Source: an uncultured Anaerolineae bacterium (lineage in GTDB: Bacteria; Chloroflexota; Anaerolineae; Aggregatilineales; UBA3940). Taken from it: a DNA stretch of 64,000 bases. Both the position numbers and the translations under genes were made by a program. The DNA lies in NCBI GenBank assembly GCA_964439625.1, contig CAYTPI010000001.1:4948-68947 (forward strand). Direction: 5' to 3'. The notes under the pieces were generated by a model. It had not been told where the DNA came from. It ran no database searches and saw only the letters and a program-made list of their open reading frames with translations. Below are positions 27,080 through 36,077 of this stretch, in pieces; within the stretch, counting starts at the first letter, position 1; every line of letters starts with the position of its first letter.

Positions 27080-28588
27080 GTGATCTCCGTCCCCCCCGAC
27101 GCCGCTGAAAAACCGTTCGTCCTTGCCATTGATATCGGCTCATCATCGGTGCGCGCCAGTTTGCACGACAGTCGTGGGCGACCCATTGGTGATCTAGTCG
27201 CACGTCAAAGTTGGCAGCTTCCAATTGGTGCGGATGGCTCGGCCCAAGCTGATGCCGATGACATTTTGCAGATGGTGATCACGGTTATCGATGAGGAGGC
27301 CGCCAAGTGCGGCACCTATGCACAGCACATTGCCGGGGTGGGTATGTCAACTCTGGCGGGGAATATTGTTGGTGTCGATGCTGATGGAAATGCCGTCACC
27401 CCATTGACGACCTACGCTGACACACGCGCCTCAGCAGAAACTAAAGCACTCCGTGGGCTGTTTGACGAGACGGCAGTGCACAACCGGACGGGCTGCCGCT
27501 TTCACCCAGCCTATTTGCCTGCACGCTTTTTATGGATGGCTAACGAGCACCCTGAATGGCTGAAAGCGGCAGAGCGCTGGGTCACCATTGGCGAGTATGT
27601 TCAGCTTCAATTGTTAGGGCAGGCCAACGGTAGTTACTCAATGGCTTCGTGGAACGGCCTGCTTGATCTGAGAAAAGCACAGTATGACGTTGACTTGCTA
27701 GCTGCACTGCCTGTCTCTGAAACAGCGTTGCTACCATTGGCAGATGCAAGTGCTGGTGCTCGTGGGTTGAAAAGCAACTTTGCAGACCGTTGGCCCGCTC
27801 TCCATGATGTGCCTTGGTTTCCGCCTATCGGGGATGGGGCCGCCGCGAATATTGGTAGTGCCTGCACCACTGATCAACGCCTCGCTATCACCATTGGGAC
27901 ATCAAGCGCTGTTCGAATCATTTTGAAGGATGTACCGCAGCAAATTCCCACTGGCTTGTGGTGCTACCGGATTGACTCAGCGCATGTGCTGTTGGGTGGG
28001 GCCCTCAGTGAGGGTGGCAGTGTCTATGCGTGGATGCAGTCCACGCTAGATATGGCGCAAATTGACGATATCGATGCGGCATTAGCAGAGATCGCACCAG
28101 ACTCGCATGGTTTGACGGTACTGCCGTTGTTTCGCGGTGAGCGCAGTCCTGGTTATCAGGCAGATATGCGCGGCAGCATTCTTGGTCTCAGTGTGACGAC
28201 CAAACCTATTCACCTGATGCGTGCTGGGTTAGAGGGAGTTGGATACCGGATTGGGCAGTTGGTCAAGCTGATTGCGCCCTCGCTTGCCCCTGACGCCACC
28301 ATTATTGCTAGCGGTGGCGCTGCGATGACCTCGGTGGTGTGGGGGCAAATCCTCGCCGATGTGATCGGACGTCCGCTGGCGGTTTCGCAAGTCGCGGAAG
28401 CCTCTAGTAGAGGTGTAGCATTGGCAACGTTACGCGCCATCAGTGCCATCAGCGATTGGGACTCCGCCCCTGACTTTACTGAGCGCACCTACCAACCTGA
28501 CTCAGACGCGCATAAGGTCTACCAAGATGCCGCAGAACGCCAACAGGCGCTGTATAATTGGCAGCGTGATTATCACCCAAGGAGTTAG
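27080..28588 (+). CDS. FGGY-family carbohydrate kinase (gluconokinase/xylulokinase-like)
   Basis: LAIDIGSSSVRAS phosphate-1 motif, GDGAAANIGS, and a C-terminal GGAAMTS. AGAGGAG SD before GTG 27080. Confidence 0.85.
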   Translation: MISVPPDAAEKPFVLAIDIGSSSVRASLHDSRGRPIGDLVARQSWQLPIGADGSAQADADDILQMVITVIDEEAAKCGTYAQHIAGVGMSTLAGNIVGVDADGNAVTPLTTYADTRASAETKALRGLFDETAVHNRTGCRFHPAYLPARFLWMANEHPEWLKAAERWVTIGEYVQLQLLGQANGSYSMASWNGLLDLRKAQYDVDLLAALPVSETALLPLADASAGARGLKSNFADRWPALHDVPWFPPIGDGAAANIGSACTTDQRLAITIGTSSAVRIILKDVPQQIPTGLWCYRIDSAHVLLGGALSEGGSVYAWMQSTLDMAQIDDIDAALAEIAPDSHGLTVLPLFRGERSPGYQADMRGSILGLSVTTKPIHLMRAGLEGVGYRIGQLVKLIAPSLAPDATIIASGGAAMTSVVWGQILADVIGRPLAVSQVAEASSRGVALATLRAISAISDWDSAPDFTERTYQPDSDAHKVYQDAAERQQALYNWQRDYHPRS

Positions 28589-28594
28589 TGTCCC

Positions 28595-29518
28595 ATGAAC
28601 ACACGCGATGCACGTCAACTGGTGTTATTTGTGGCTGGTGTCTTAATCGTTTTGATACTCATTGCCACCAGCGCGGTGTTGATCGTGCAGTCCCGTCCGG
28701 ACAATCGCATCAGCCAAAATGCGGACACACGTGCCTTGTTTATCGGCAATAGCTACACAGTAGACAACCAACTAGACGTTAGTGCCGCTGAAATTATTGA
28801 ACGCTTAGCTGATGGTTCTGTCATTGCAACGCGAGTCTCCCCGGGCGGCTACCGAGTGCCGCAGCACCTTGTGGATGCCCAAACGGATGGGACTCTGCTG
28901 AATGAGTACCTGCTGACGGGCAGCAATAATGTGCGAAACTGGGACTTGGTCGTCATTCAAGAGCAGAGTCAAATACCGGGGTTGACTTCCGACTCGCTGG
29001 AATTACAGGAACTCTACCAAGCTGCGCCTCAACTCGCAGCACTAGCTCAGGATGCGGGGGCAACCGTCATGCTTTATATGACGTGGGGCTATCGTGCCGG
29101 TGATCCCAATTTCCCTAATATCTATCCTGACTATCTAAGTATGCAGTCGCGCCTGACTTTTGCCTATGACTCACTGGCAGATGCGATGTCTGCGCCAGAC
29201 AATCCGGTTTATGTGGCGCCGGTTGGGCTGGGCTTTCAAGAAGTGTACAACGATACCGTCGCCTTGGGGGCCAACCCTGCCACGGGTCCAACGTTGTTCG
29301 GTACTCTCTTTGCGGGGGATGGGCAGCACCCAAGCCCGAACGGCTCGTATCTGGCAGCATTGATTATTGCCGCAGCATATACAGGCGAACCGGTCTCAGA
29401 TATTGATTGGCTGCCGCGAGATGTAGACCCCAATATGGCTACTTACCTGCGTGAAGTAGCAGATCGGGTGGTGTTTGGTGACACATACGCAGACCGGCGT
29501 TACCCGTGGCGACCATAA
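28595..29518 (+). CDS. membrane-anchored SGNH-like (DUF4886-type) protein
   Basis: N-terminal TM. ALFIGNSYT and GDGQHPSPNGSYLAA resemble SGNH blocks I and V. Confidence 0.55.
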   Translation: MNTRDARQLVLFVAGVLIVLILIATSAVLIVQSRPDNRISQNADTRALFIGNSYTVDNQLDVSAAEIIERLADGSVIATRVSPGGYRVPQHLVDAQTDGTLLNEYLLTGSNNVRNWDLVVIQEQSQIPGLTSDSLELQELYQAAPQLAALAQDAGATVMLYMTWGYRAGDPNFPNIYPDYLSMQSRLTFAYDSLADAMSAPDNPVYVAPVGLGFQEVYNDTVALGANPATGPTLFGTLFAGDGQHPSPNGSYLAALIIAAAYTGEPVSDIDWLPRDVDPNMATYLREVADRVVFGDTYADRRYPWRP

Positions 29519-29593
29519 TGATCGCAGGACGATCATTGATGCATTCGCTATACTCTCTTCAACCGTTTACAGAGATGATAGTGACACCATTAA

Positions 29594-30133
29594 TTGACTG
29601 AGCAAACTGCGTCCAAACTGGATAAACCAGCCGAGCCGACCATTCCCTTTGTTCGCCCATGGATGATTCTTTCGTTCTCGGTGATCGCCTCATGCTCGCT
29701 GCTGTTCATTGTGCCGCTGGTGCTCGACCGCGTCTTGACGCGGGCACAACAGCGCTTTGTTGAGACACAGGAGGAAGTCGAAGATTGGACGGGGGCAGAT
29801 ATTCCGGCGGCGGCGCAAGATGTTCGCTTTGAAAGCTTTGTCGAATTTAGCAACACGCTGTGGCTGCGCTTTGAGATTGCCGATCGCAGCGCCCTCGACG
29901 CCTACCTTGCAGAACTCGACTTTGATGCTGAACTGGTAGCTAATGACAATCCCTTCACGACAGATATTCGCGATAATTTGCCACGGTGGTGGCGTCCAAC
30001 TGACGCGGCGGCAGCTGTTGGGGGTGAAGTCACGCTCGCGCGCGAAGATGATGCGCCACGCACGATCTCTGTTTTGGTTGAACAAAGCAGCAGCATGCAA
30101 ACAGTCTATATTCGTTTTTACGAAAATCACTAG
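29594..30133 (+). CDS. hypothetical single-TM protein
   Basis: TM WMILSFSVIASCSLLFIVPLVL. Start uncertain (TTG 29594 or ATG 29663). The overlapping - strand ORF 29690-30142 was judged spurious. Confidence 0.45.
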   Translation: MTEQTASKLDKPAEPTIPFVRPWMILSFSVIASCSLLFIVPLVLDRVLTRAQQRFVETQEEVEDWTGADIPAAAQDVRFESFVEFSNTLWLRFEIADRSALDAYLAELDFDAELVANDNPFTTDIRDNLPRWWRPTDAAAAVGGEVTLAREDDAPRTISVLVEQSSSMQTVYIRFYENH

Positions 30134-30141
30134 GAGGCCCA

Positions 30142-30573
30142 ATGCCAGATAAAGTCCGCGTATTCATCCTCTGCACCGGTAATTCTGCTCGCAGCCAAAT
30201 GGCTGAAGGTTTCTTGAATGCCTTCTATTCGGAACAGGTTGAGGTCGTCAGCGCTGGTAGTCGTCCGTCAGGGTATGTACATCCAATGTCAATTGCCGTA
30301 ATGGAAGAAGCCGGTATTGATATCAGCGATAACCGCTCAAAAAGCATGTCCGAATTTACGGGGCAGCAGTTCAATTATGTCATCACTGTCTGTGACTCAG
30401 CGGCTGAGGCGTGCCCAGTGTTCCCCGGCAGCCATCAGATGCACTGGGGTTTCATTGACCCGGCTGCGGCTGAAGGCACTGATGAGGAAAAGCTAGCCGT
30501 CTTCCGCGACATCCGTGATCAGATCAAAGAGAAGTTCAAAAGCTACTTTGACAAACTGTTTGCGCCCAGTTAA
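30142..30573 (+). CDS. arsC: arsenate reductase, thioredoxin-coupled LMW-PTPase family
   Basis: P-loop ILCTGNSARSQMAEG and the Cys pair in VCDSAAEACPVFPG. Confidence 0.8.
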   Translation: MPDKVRVFILCTGNSARSQMAEGFLNAFYSEQVEVVSAGSRPSGYVHPMSIAVMEEAGIDISDNRSKSMSEFTGQQFNYVITVCDSAAEACPVFPGSHQMHWGFIDPAAAEGTDEEKLAVFRDIRDQIKEKFKSYFDKLFAPS

Positions 30574-30592
30574 GTAATCTTAGCAGGGTAGC

Positions 30593-31399
30593 CTACAGGT
30601 CGGCGTTATGCAGAATGAGGTCGTCTCCAGCGGCCCCGCCAGCGGTCTCTAACTGAATACCAAACTCGGAATAGGCATTTAATGGCAACGGGGCATCGAC
30701 AGAAACAGACGCGTAGCCATTCGGCGCAACAACAAACAGACCGCCACTATGGACATTCCCTCCGTCACTCAGCCATATTTTGTACTGTTGGCCTTCTTCA
30801 AGCTCTGGGAGGCCGTTTACCACAAGTGTTCCGTGTTGCCCGTCATCACTGAGGATAATGACACCGTGTTCTGTGTTGCTGTTGTTGACCAGCGAAATAC
30901 GATTGATCGTGGTATCAATCAAAGGGGCTTCCGGTGTCATTGTCGGCGCCTCGACTTCAACAACTGCTTCAGGCTCTGGTTGGCTTATTAACGCGCCAAT
31001 CAGTACGATATTAGCAATGACCGATATTGTGAGGAATGCAGGTAGCAACCAACCTCTGAGCCAACTGCGCTTCGCTGGCTCCAACTTAACTGACCTTGTT
31101 TGCACAGCGGGTGCTGCTGTATGAGCAGCTACTGCTGACTTCTGCCCGTTCTGACGAGAAACTGGCGCAGTATCACGTTGCTCGAGTGCCTCAAATAAGT
31201 CAGCTTTGAGCGTCAGGGGTAAGTCAACCAGTGGTGTATTTAGGGCCAGAACATCGAGCGTATGATTGTAGCTTTCAAGTTCAGAGCGAACGCGCTCGCT
31301 CGACTCAAGGTGTGCTTCCACTAGGGCGCTGTCTTTATCATTCAATAGACCCAGAACGTATTCTGGTATGAGTTCGATTACCTGCTGCTCAGTCATCAT
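30593..31399 (-). CDS. anti-sigma factor, RskA (anti-sigma-K) type
   Basis: N-terminal anti-sigma helix region LIPEYVLGLLNDKDSALVEAHL. One TM LLPAFLTISVIANIVLIGALI. C-terminal RskA-like domain QQYKIWLSDGGNVHSGGLF...FGIQLETAGGA. Confidence 0.8.
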   Translation of the reverse strand: MMTEQQVIELIPEYVLGLLNDKDSALVEAHLESSERVRSELESYNHTLDVLALNTPLVDLPLTLKADLFEALEQRDTAPVSRQNGQKSAVAAHTAAPAVQTRSVKLEPAKRSWLRGWLLPAFLTISVIANIVLIGALISQPEPEAVVEVEAPTMTPEAPLIDTTINRISLVNNSNTEHGVIILSDDGQHGTLVVNGLPELEEGQQYKIWLSDGGNVHSGGLFVVAPNGYASVSVDAPLPLNAYSEFGIQLETAGGAAGDDLILHNADL

Positions 31400-31422
31400 A
31401 TGACTTGCTCAAAATCCTATGT

Positions 31423-32022
31423 CTACCGGTATTCCCTCAAAACCTGACGTAGCTTTTCCATTGCGAGGCGCGTTCGAGATTTGACCGTCCCCACAGGAAT
31501 TTGGAGTATGTCGGCTATCTCTAGCTGGGCATACCCTTGATAGTAGGCCAAATCAATGACCTGTAGTTGTTCCATTGGCAATGTGCAGAGTGCCTCCCGC
31601 ACAGCCGCTTGTTTAATCGACAACTCCACATATTTTTCTGTGTGCTGTTGACCAGAACTGTGCTCAAAAAGCTGTTGCAACTTACCAGTATTTGCTGCTT
31701 GCCGCCGGACTTTCTGCTTACGCAACCAATCCAGCGAAAGATTACGTGTGATGCTCGTTATCCATGTTGTCACTTTAGCCTGCTCTGCTTGATAATCTCC
31801 GGCTTTCTCCCATATCCGGATGAAGACATCCATGACAAGTTCTTCAGCCACCGCGTGCTCGGTTACCAGATGGTAGGCAATGCTGTATATTAGGCGCGCA
31901 TAGCGATCATAAAGCATGCTTAGGGCTTGCCGTTCTTGTTGCTGAACCCGGTTAATCAGTTCAACGTCAGATAACTGCTCATAGGTATCATCTGAAGGCT
32001 GGCGAAGCTCTACTATCGTCAT
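31423..32022 (-). CDS. ECF (group 4) RNA polymerase sigma factor, SigK-like by context
   Basis: Region 2 (YDRYARLIYSIAYHL...AEELVMDVFIRIW) and region 4 HTH (YYQGYAQLEIADILQIPVGTVKSR). 24 bp upstream of the anti-sigma gene. Confidence 0.9.
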   Translation of the reverse strand: MTIVELRQPSDDTYEQLSDVELINRVQQQERQALSMLYDRYARLIYSIAYHLVTEHAVAEELVMDVFIRIWEKAGDYQAEQAKVTTWITSITRNLSLDWLRKQKVRRQAANTGKLQQLFEHSSGQQHTEKYVELSIKQAAVREALCTLPMEQLQVIDLAYYQGYAQLEIADILQIPVGTVKSRTRLAMEKLRQVLREYR

Positions 32023-32234
32023 ATGTCAAGTGTTCCTTACAGGCTTCTCATTAAGTTTGGCTGACTGCGGTAGTCTGTTACGTTTGGCAGTCATTAGGGT
32101 GGTGGTATCGCTTGCCCCCACCAGTTCGCATCTTGTGCGATGTCTCAATGCTACCACTTAAAATAACATCCTTGACTTTAAATGTCCCGCAAATGCCTGA
32201 AATTTAGGAAGAGGGCATCATGACGATGACGAAA

Positions 32235-32261
32235 CAGTGCCGGGCAATTTGCCCAGCACTG
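32235..32261 (-). terminator. hairpin terminator after the fasciclin gene
   Basis: On the - strand, CAGTGCTGGGCA-AAT-TGCCCGGCACTG (one GU pair) followed by TTTCGTC. 28 bp after the stop. Confidence 0.6.
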
Positions 32262-32288
32262 TGTGTAACCGTTTGGTGTGCATACAGC

Positions 32289-34523
32289 CTATAGAGGCAG
32301 TAGAACGCCGTCGATCACATGGATGACGCCATTACTGGCTTCAATGTCGGTCGTTATAATGTTGATGCTGCCATTGAGGACAACGCCACCATCAATGACT
32401 TCGATACCAATCGTACTACCACCTTGCAGAGTTGGGACTGAAGTCAGGCCAACAATGTCGGCCGCCAGTACCTTACCTGGGACAACATGGTAGAGCAGAA
32501 TCTGCGTCAGTGTTTCGGTATCACCGAGCAGTTCAGCAGCGGTGAGGTCCAGCGCGGCCAGCGCGGTAACAAATGCAGCGTTGGTTGGGGCAAACACGGT
32601 CAGCTCAGCGGCTGGGTCGGCGACGACGTCAACCAGACCAGCAGCGGTCAGCGCTTGAACCAGGATGGAGAAGTCTTCGTTGCCAGCGGCAATCTCAGCG
32701 ATTGTTGGCATCACTTCTCCGACTGGTGCATCTTCAACAGGTGGTGGCGGAGGCAGCAGAACGCCATCCAAAACGTGGATGATGCCATTGCTAGCTTCGA
32801 TGTCGAGTAGTTCAGTGTTCAGCGGAATGTCTGCCACAGCCAATTCCTGACCATTCAGCATGACGTAAGAAGTTGTCGCGACAACTTCACTGCTATCGTA
32901 AGCGCCGACAACGATGTGGTAGCCAAGCACATAACGCAGAACGTCAGTATCTGCCAGCAATTCTTCCGCAGTGACACCAGCAGCATCAAGGAATGCGGCG
33001 AAAGCAGCGTCGGTTGGCGCAAAGACGGTGAAAGGGCCTTCGCCGACGAGTGTGTCAACCAAACCAGCGGCCTCAGCGGCGGCTAGCAAGGTGGTGAAGG
33101 AGCCAGCTTCGGTGGCAACTTCAGCGATGTTGGCAGTCACGGCGCTGGTGTAAGCATCTGGAACCAGCACCCCATCAATGACATGGATCACACCATTTGA
33201 TGCAGCAACGTCAGCGGCGACAACATTGATGCTGCCATTGAGTAAGACACCGCCATCAACGACGTTGGCCTGAATTGGGCTGCCTTCGAGTGTATAGACA
33301 AGTGGAATTTCAAGAGCAATTACGTCGGCGGCTGTCAGTGTGCCATCAGCGACGTGGTACGTCAGAACGGCTGTCAGCAGTTCGGTGTTGGCAAGCAGCT
33401 CTTCAGCGGTGATGCCAAGTTCACCCAGTAGGGCAACGAAGGCATCGTTGGTTGGAGCGAAAACCGTTGCGTTGGTATCCGCACTGTTGAAAGTTGCGAC
33501 CAAATCAGCAGCTTCGAGAGCGGCAAACAAGATTGAGAAGTCTGGGTTGCTGGCAGCAACTTCCGCAATGGTTGGTGTTGGCGGAACGAGAACGCCGTCC
33601 AAAACGTGGATAACACCATTGCTGGCTTCAATATCGAGCAGTTCGGTGTTCAGCGGAATGTCGGCAACCGCAAGGCTGTCACCATTTAACATCACGAGGC
33701 TGTCAACGGCAACAACGTCACCGGACTTCAATGCGCCGAGGGCGATGTGGTACATCAGAACGTCGCGCAGGGCATCCTCATCAGCGAGCAGGTCAGCAGC
33801 GGTATTGCCAGTTTCTGCCAAGAATGCAGCGAAGGCATCGTCAGTTGGTGCAAAGACGGTGAATGGGCCGGGGCCTACCAGTGTATCAACTAAGCCAGCG
33901 GCCTCAGCGGCTGCCAACAGAGTGGTGAAGGCACCAGCTTCGGTAGCAACTTCAGCGATGTTGGCAGTGGCTTCAGTCTCGTAAGCGGGTGGCAGCAGAA
34001 CAGCGTCGATTACGTGGACAACGCCGTTAGCAGCCTGTACGTCCTTAACGACGACATTGACATTACCGTTGAGGACAACGTTGCCTTCAACGTCTACGTT
34101 AATCTGTACTGGTTGCCCCTGAACCGTGTAGAGCAGCGGCACATCCAGCGCAGCAGCATCGGCGGATGTTGCGCCACCAACTACGACGTGGTAAGTGAGG
34201 ACTGCGGTCAGCAGTTCGGTGTTGCCGAGCAGCTCTTCAGCAGACAAACCAAGACCGCTCAGTGCCGCAGCAAAGGCATCGTTGGTTGGCGCGAAGACGG
34301 TTAAGCTTGCGTCTGGGTCGGCGACGACGCTAACCAGGTCAGCAGCTTCGAGGGCCGCAACCAGCGTTGAGAAATTCTCGTCAGCGACGGCAATTTCAGC
34401 GATTGTCGGCTCTGCTACTTCTTCTTGTGATGGTGTATCGGCACCAACCGGTGCAACCACCACAGCGGCAATCAGCACGACCAGTGCGATGACTGCTGCA
34501 AAAACTTTTGACTTTTGTTTCAT
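32289..34523 (-). CDS. secreted protein with five fasciclin (FAS1) domains
   Basis: Signal peptide, then five units each starting (T/N)IAE(I/V)A..n.dFS/FT.L and containing TVFAPT(N/D)(D/A)AF and NG(V/I)IHV(I/L)D. Confidence 0.95.
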   Translation of the reverse strand: MKQKSKVFAAVIALVVLIAAVVVAPVGADTPSQEEVAEPTIAEIAVADENFSTLVAALEAADLVSVVADPDASLTVFAPTNDAFAAALSGLGLSAEELLGNTELLTAVLTYHVVVGGATSADAAALDVPLLYTVQGQPVQINVDVEGNVVLNGNVNVVVKDVQAANGVVHVIDAVLLPPAYETEATANIAEVATEAGAFTTLLAAAEAAGLVDTLVGPGPFTVFAPTDDAFAAFLAETGNTAADLLADEDALRDVLMYHIALGALKSGDVVAVDSLVMLNGDSLAVADIPLNTELLDIEASNGVIHVLDGVLVPPTPTIAEVAASNPDFSILFAALEAADLVATFNSADTNATVFAPTNDAFVALLGELGITAEELLANTELLTAVLTYHVADGTLTAADVIALEIPLVYTLEGSPIQANVVDGGVLLNGSINVVAADVAASNGVIHVIDGVLVPDAYTSAVTANIAEVATEAGSFTTLLAAAEAAGLVDTLVGEGPFTVFAPTDAAFAAFLDAAGVTAEELLADTDVLRYVLGYHIVVGAYDSSEVVATTSYVMLNGQELAVADIPLNTELLDIEASNGIIHVLDGVLLPPPPPVEDAPVGEVMPTIAEIAAGNEDFSILVQALTAAGLVDVVADPAAELTVFAPTNAAFVTALAALDLTAAELLGDTETLTQILLYHVVPGKVLAADIVGLTSVPTLQGGSTIGIEVIDGGVVLNGSINIITTDIEASNGVIHVIDGVLLPL
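32292..34406 (-). repeat. internal tandem duplication, about 840-bp unit (two FAS1 domains) in about 2.5 copies
   Basis: Domain starts fall at residues 40, 188, 318, 465 and 607. Odd and even domains alternate. The DNA around 33055-33140 and around 33890-33975 is visibly near-identical. Confidence 0.8.
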
Positions 34524-34805
34524 ACTTGAAACTCCTTTAAGTGTCTAATATTTTTGAATAGCTAATTCTATTTGCTCTTCACTTGAGTATACGAGGCGAA
34601 TTTTAAAAGAGATCACGTTTCATTGGAACTTTAACAATAATCTAACGCTAAAGTGTTGTTTAGGGGTGGAGTCGGTCTGTTGATCAGATCAATCTGGTTA
34701 ATGATGCCCGTGTTCCTTGCTTTGCCGCTCTATGTTGCAGATCGCCATCTTGTGCTATGCTGACGCACATTTTTAGCTCGTTTCTATGGTTAATGAACAA
34801 TCGTT

Positions 34806-36077
34806 TTGCAGGAGCAGTCCCAGTCTAATCAAAAAATATCAGGATATGTGTGGACAGTTGTCGGCCTCGGTTTAGTTGTCCGCCTACTGATTGCACCCCA
34901 CGGTGCACACACCCATGATGCCCAAATTCTCACGAATTGGGCACAGGTGGCGTTGCAGGTAGGGCCAATCAACGTATATGCGGCTAGTAGTGCCAACTAT
35001 CCACCGTTAGGTGTTTGGTTAATCGCCGCTATGGGGTGGTTATTTCGTCTTATTACGGACGAACTGCCTAATGCGTCCACTGGGCTTTGGCTCGTGTTTC
35101 TTAAATTGCCCGCAGTCTTTGCAGATTGCACCCTGGCGTTATTGGTTGCCACCCGGGCGAAGCGTCCGCTGCTTTTCGCGCTGTTAGTAACCTTTAACCC
35201 AGCGCTGCTGTTCCTGAGCGCATGGTGGGGTCAATTAGAGAGCGCATGGGCAGTATGTGTTGCTTATGCCATCCTTGAACATGACAGGCACCCACTGCGG
35301 TCAGGTGCCGTACTTGGTGTCGGGTTACTGATCAAGCAGCAGGCTTTGGTGATCTTTCCGTTATATGTGCTGTTTCTATTGATGGCTGTCTATCGCAAGC
35401 AGTGGCGTGATGCTCGTTGGTCGTTGGTTGGCCTTATATTAACACTCATGGTCGTGCTGCTGCCTTTCCTTGAACAGGGGCAATTGCTTCTTCTTGTTCA
35501 GAGGCTATTCGCACTGGTCGCTGCGCCGTCATGGCTGACGGTTAATGCCCTCAACTTCTGGTATCTTGTGACACTTGGACAAGGCAACTGGCAGTTCAAC
35601 CAACCGCTGCTACTTCCAGATACAACCCTGATAGCAAATATGATCAGTTTACGACAAATCGGTGTGTTACTGCTTGGTATTTGGACAATGGTTGTATTAA
35701 TGAATACGCTTCACAAACAGCGGGGGCTTTTGGGCAGTGTATTACTATATACAGGTGCCTTTTTGCTGCCGACGCAAGTACACGAGCGATATGCTTTCGG
35801 TGCACTAGTATTGACTACTTTGTTGGCTGCGCAGCATTACGAACCGCTTGCAAGCAAAGCCGCACAATGGCGCATTTTGCTGTTCTTCGGCATGATAACC
35901 TTGCTCCATTTAGGTAATTTGCTGTGGGCTTTCCCTCTTGGGCCTGGTGCTGGCTCACAAGCCCCGGGATTGTTGATATCTGCTGGATTCATCCTATGGG
36001 CACTATGGGGACTGCAAATGTTGGTATCAGTTAATACTGAGGAAACTTATGGACGACCTCGTCCAACAAGCAATTGA
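34806..36077 (+). CDS. polytopic GT-C-type glycosyltransferase-like membrane protein (DUF2029/PMT_2-like)
   Basis: 423 aa with about 10-11 TM helices. General resemblance to polyprenyl-phosphate-dependent mannosyl/arabinosyl transferases. TTG start uncertain. Confidence 0.5.
   Translation: MQEQSQSNQKISGYVWTVVGLGLVVRLLIAPHGAHTHDAQILTNWAQVALQVGPINVYAASSANYPPLGVWLIAAMGWLFRLITDELPNASTGLWLVFLKLPAVFADCTLALLVATRAKRPLLFALLVTFNPALLFLSAWWGQLESAWAVCVAYAILEHDRHPLRSGAVLGVGLLIKQQALVIFPLYVLFLLMAVYRKQWRDARWSLVGLILTLMVVLLPFLEQGQLLLLVQRLFALVAAPSWLTVNALNFWYLVTLGQGNWQFNQPLLLPDTTLIANMISLRQIGVLLLGIWTMVVLMNTLHKQRGLLGSVLLYTGAFLLPTQVHERYAFGALVLTTLLAAQHYEPLASKAAQWRILLFFGMITLLHLGNLLWAFPLGPGAGSQAPGLLISAGFILWALWGLQMLVSVNTEETYGRPRPTSN

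Noticed and set aside
26874-27224. 116-aa - strand ORF and 80-aa + strand ORF in the YitT / FGGY intergenic region
   Set aside because: Arg-rich, with no SD, and overlapping the well-supported start of the FGGY kinase. The region is better explained as promoter/leader DNA.
33340-33984. 214-aa + strand ORF (and 34195-34548, 32665-32850 and others) antisense to the fasciclin gene
   Set aside because: Ala/Ser/Thr-rich mirror frames of a GC3-rich, Ala-rich gene. No SD and no motif. They overlap a confidently called CDS along their whole length.
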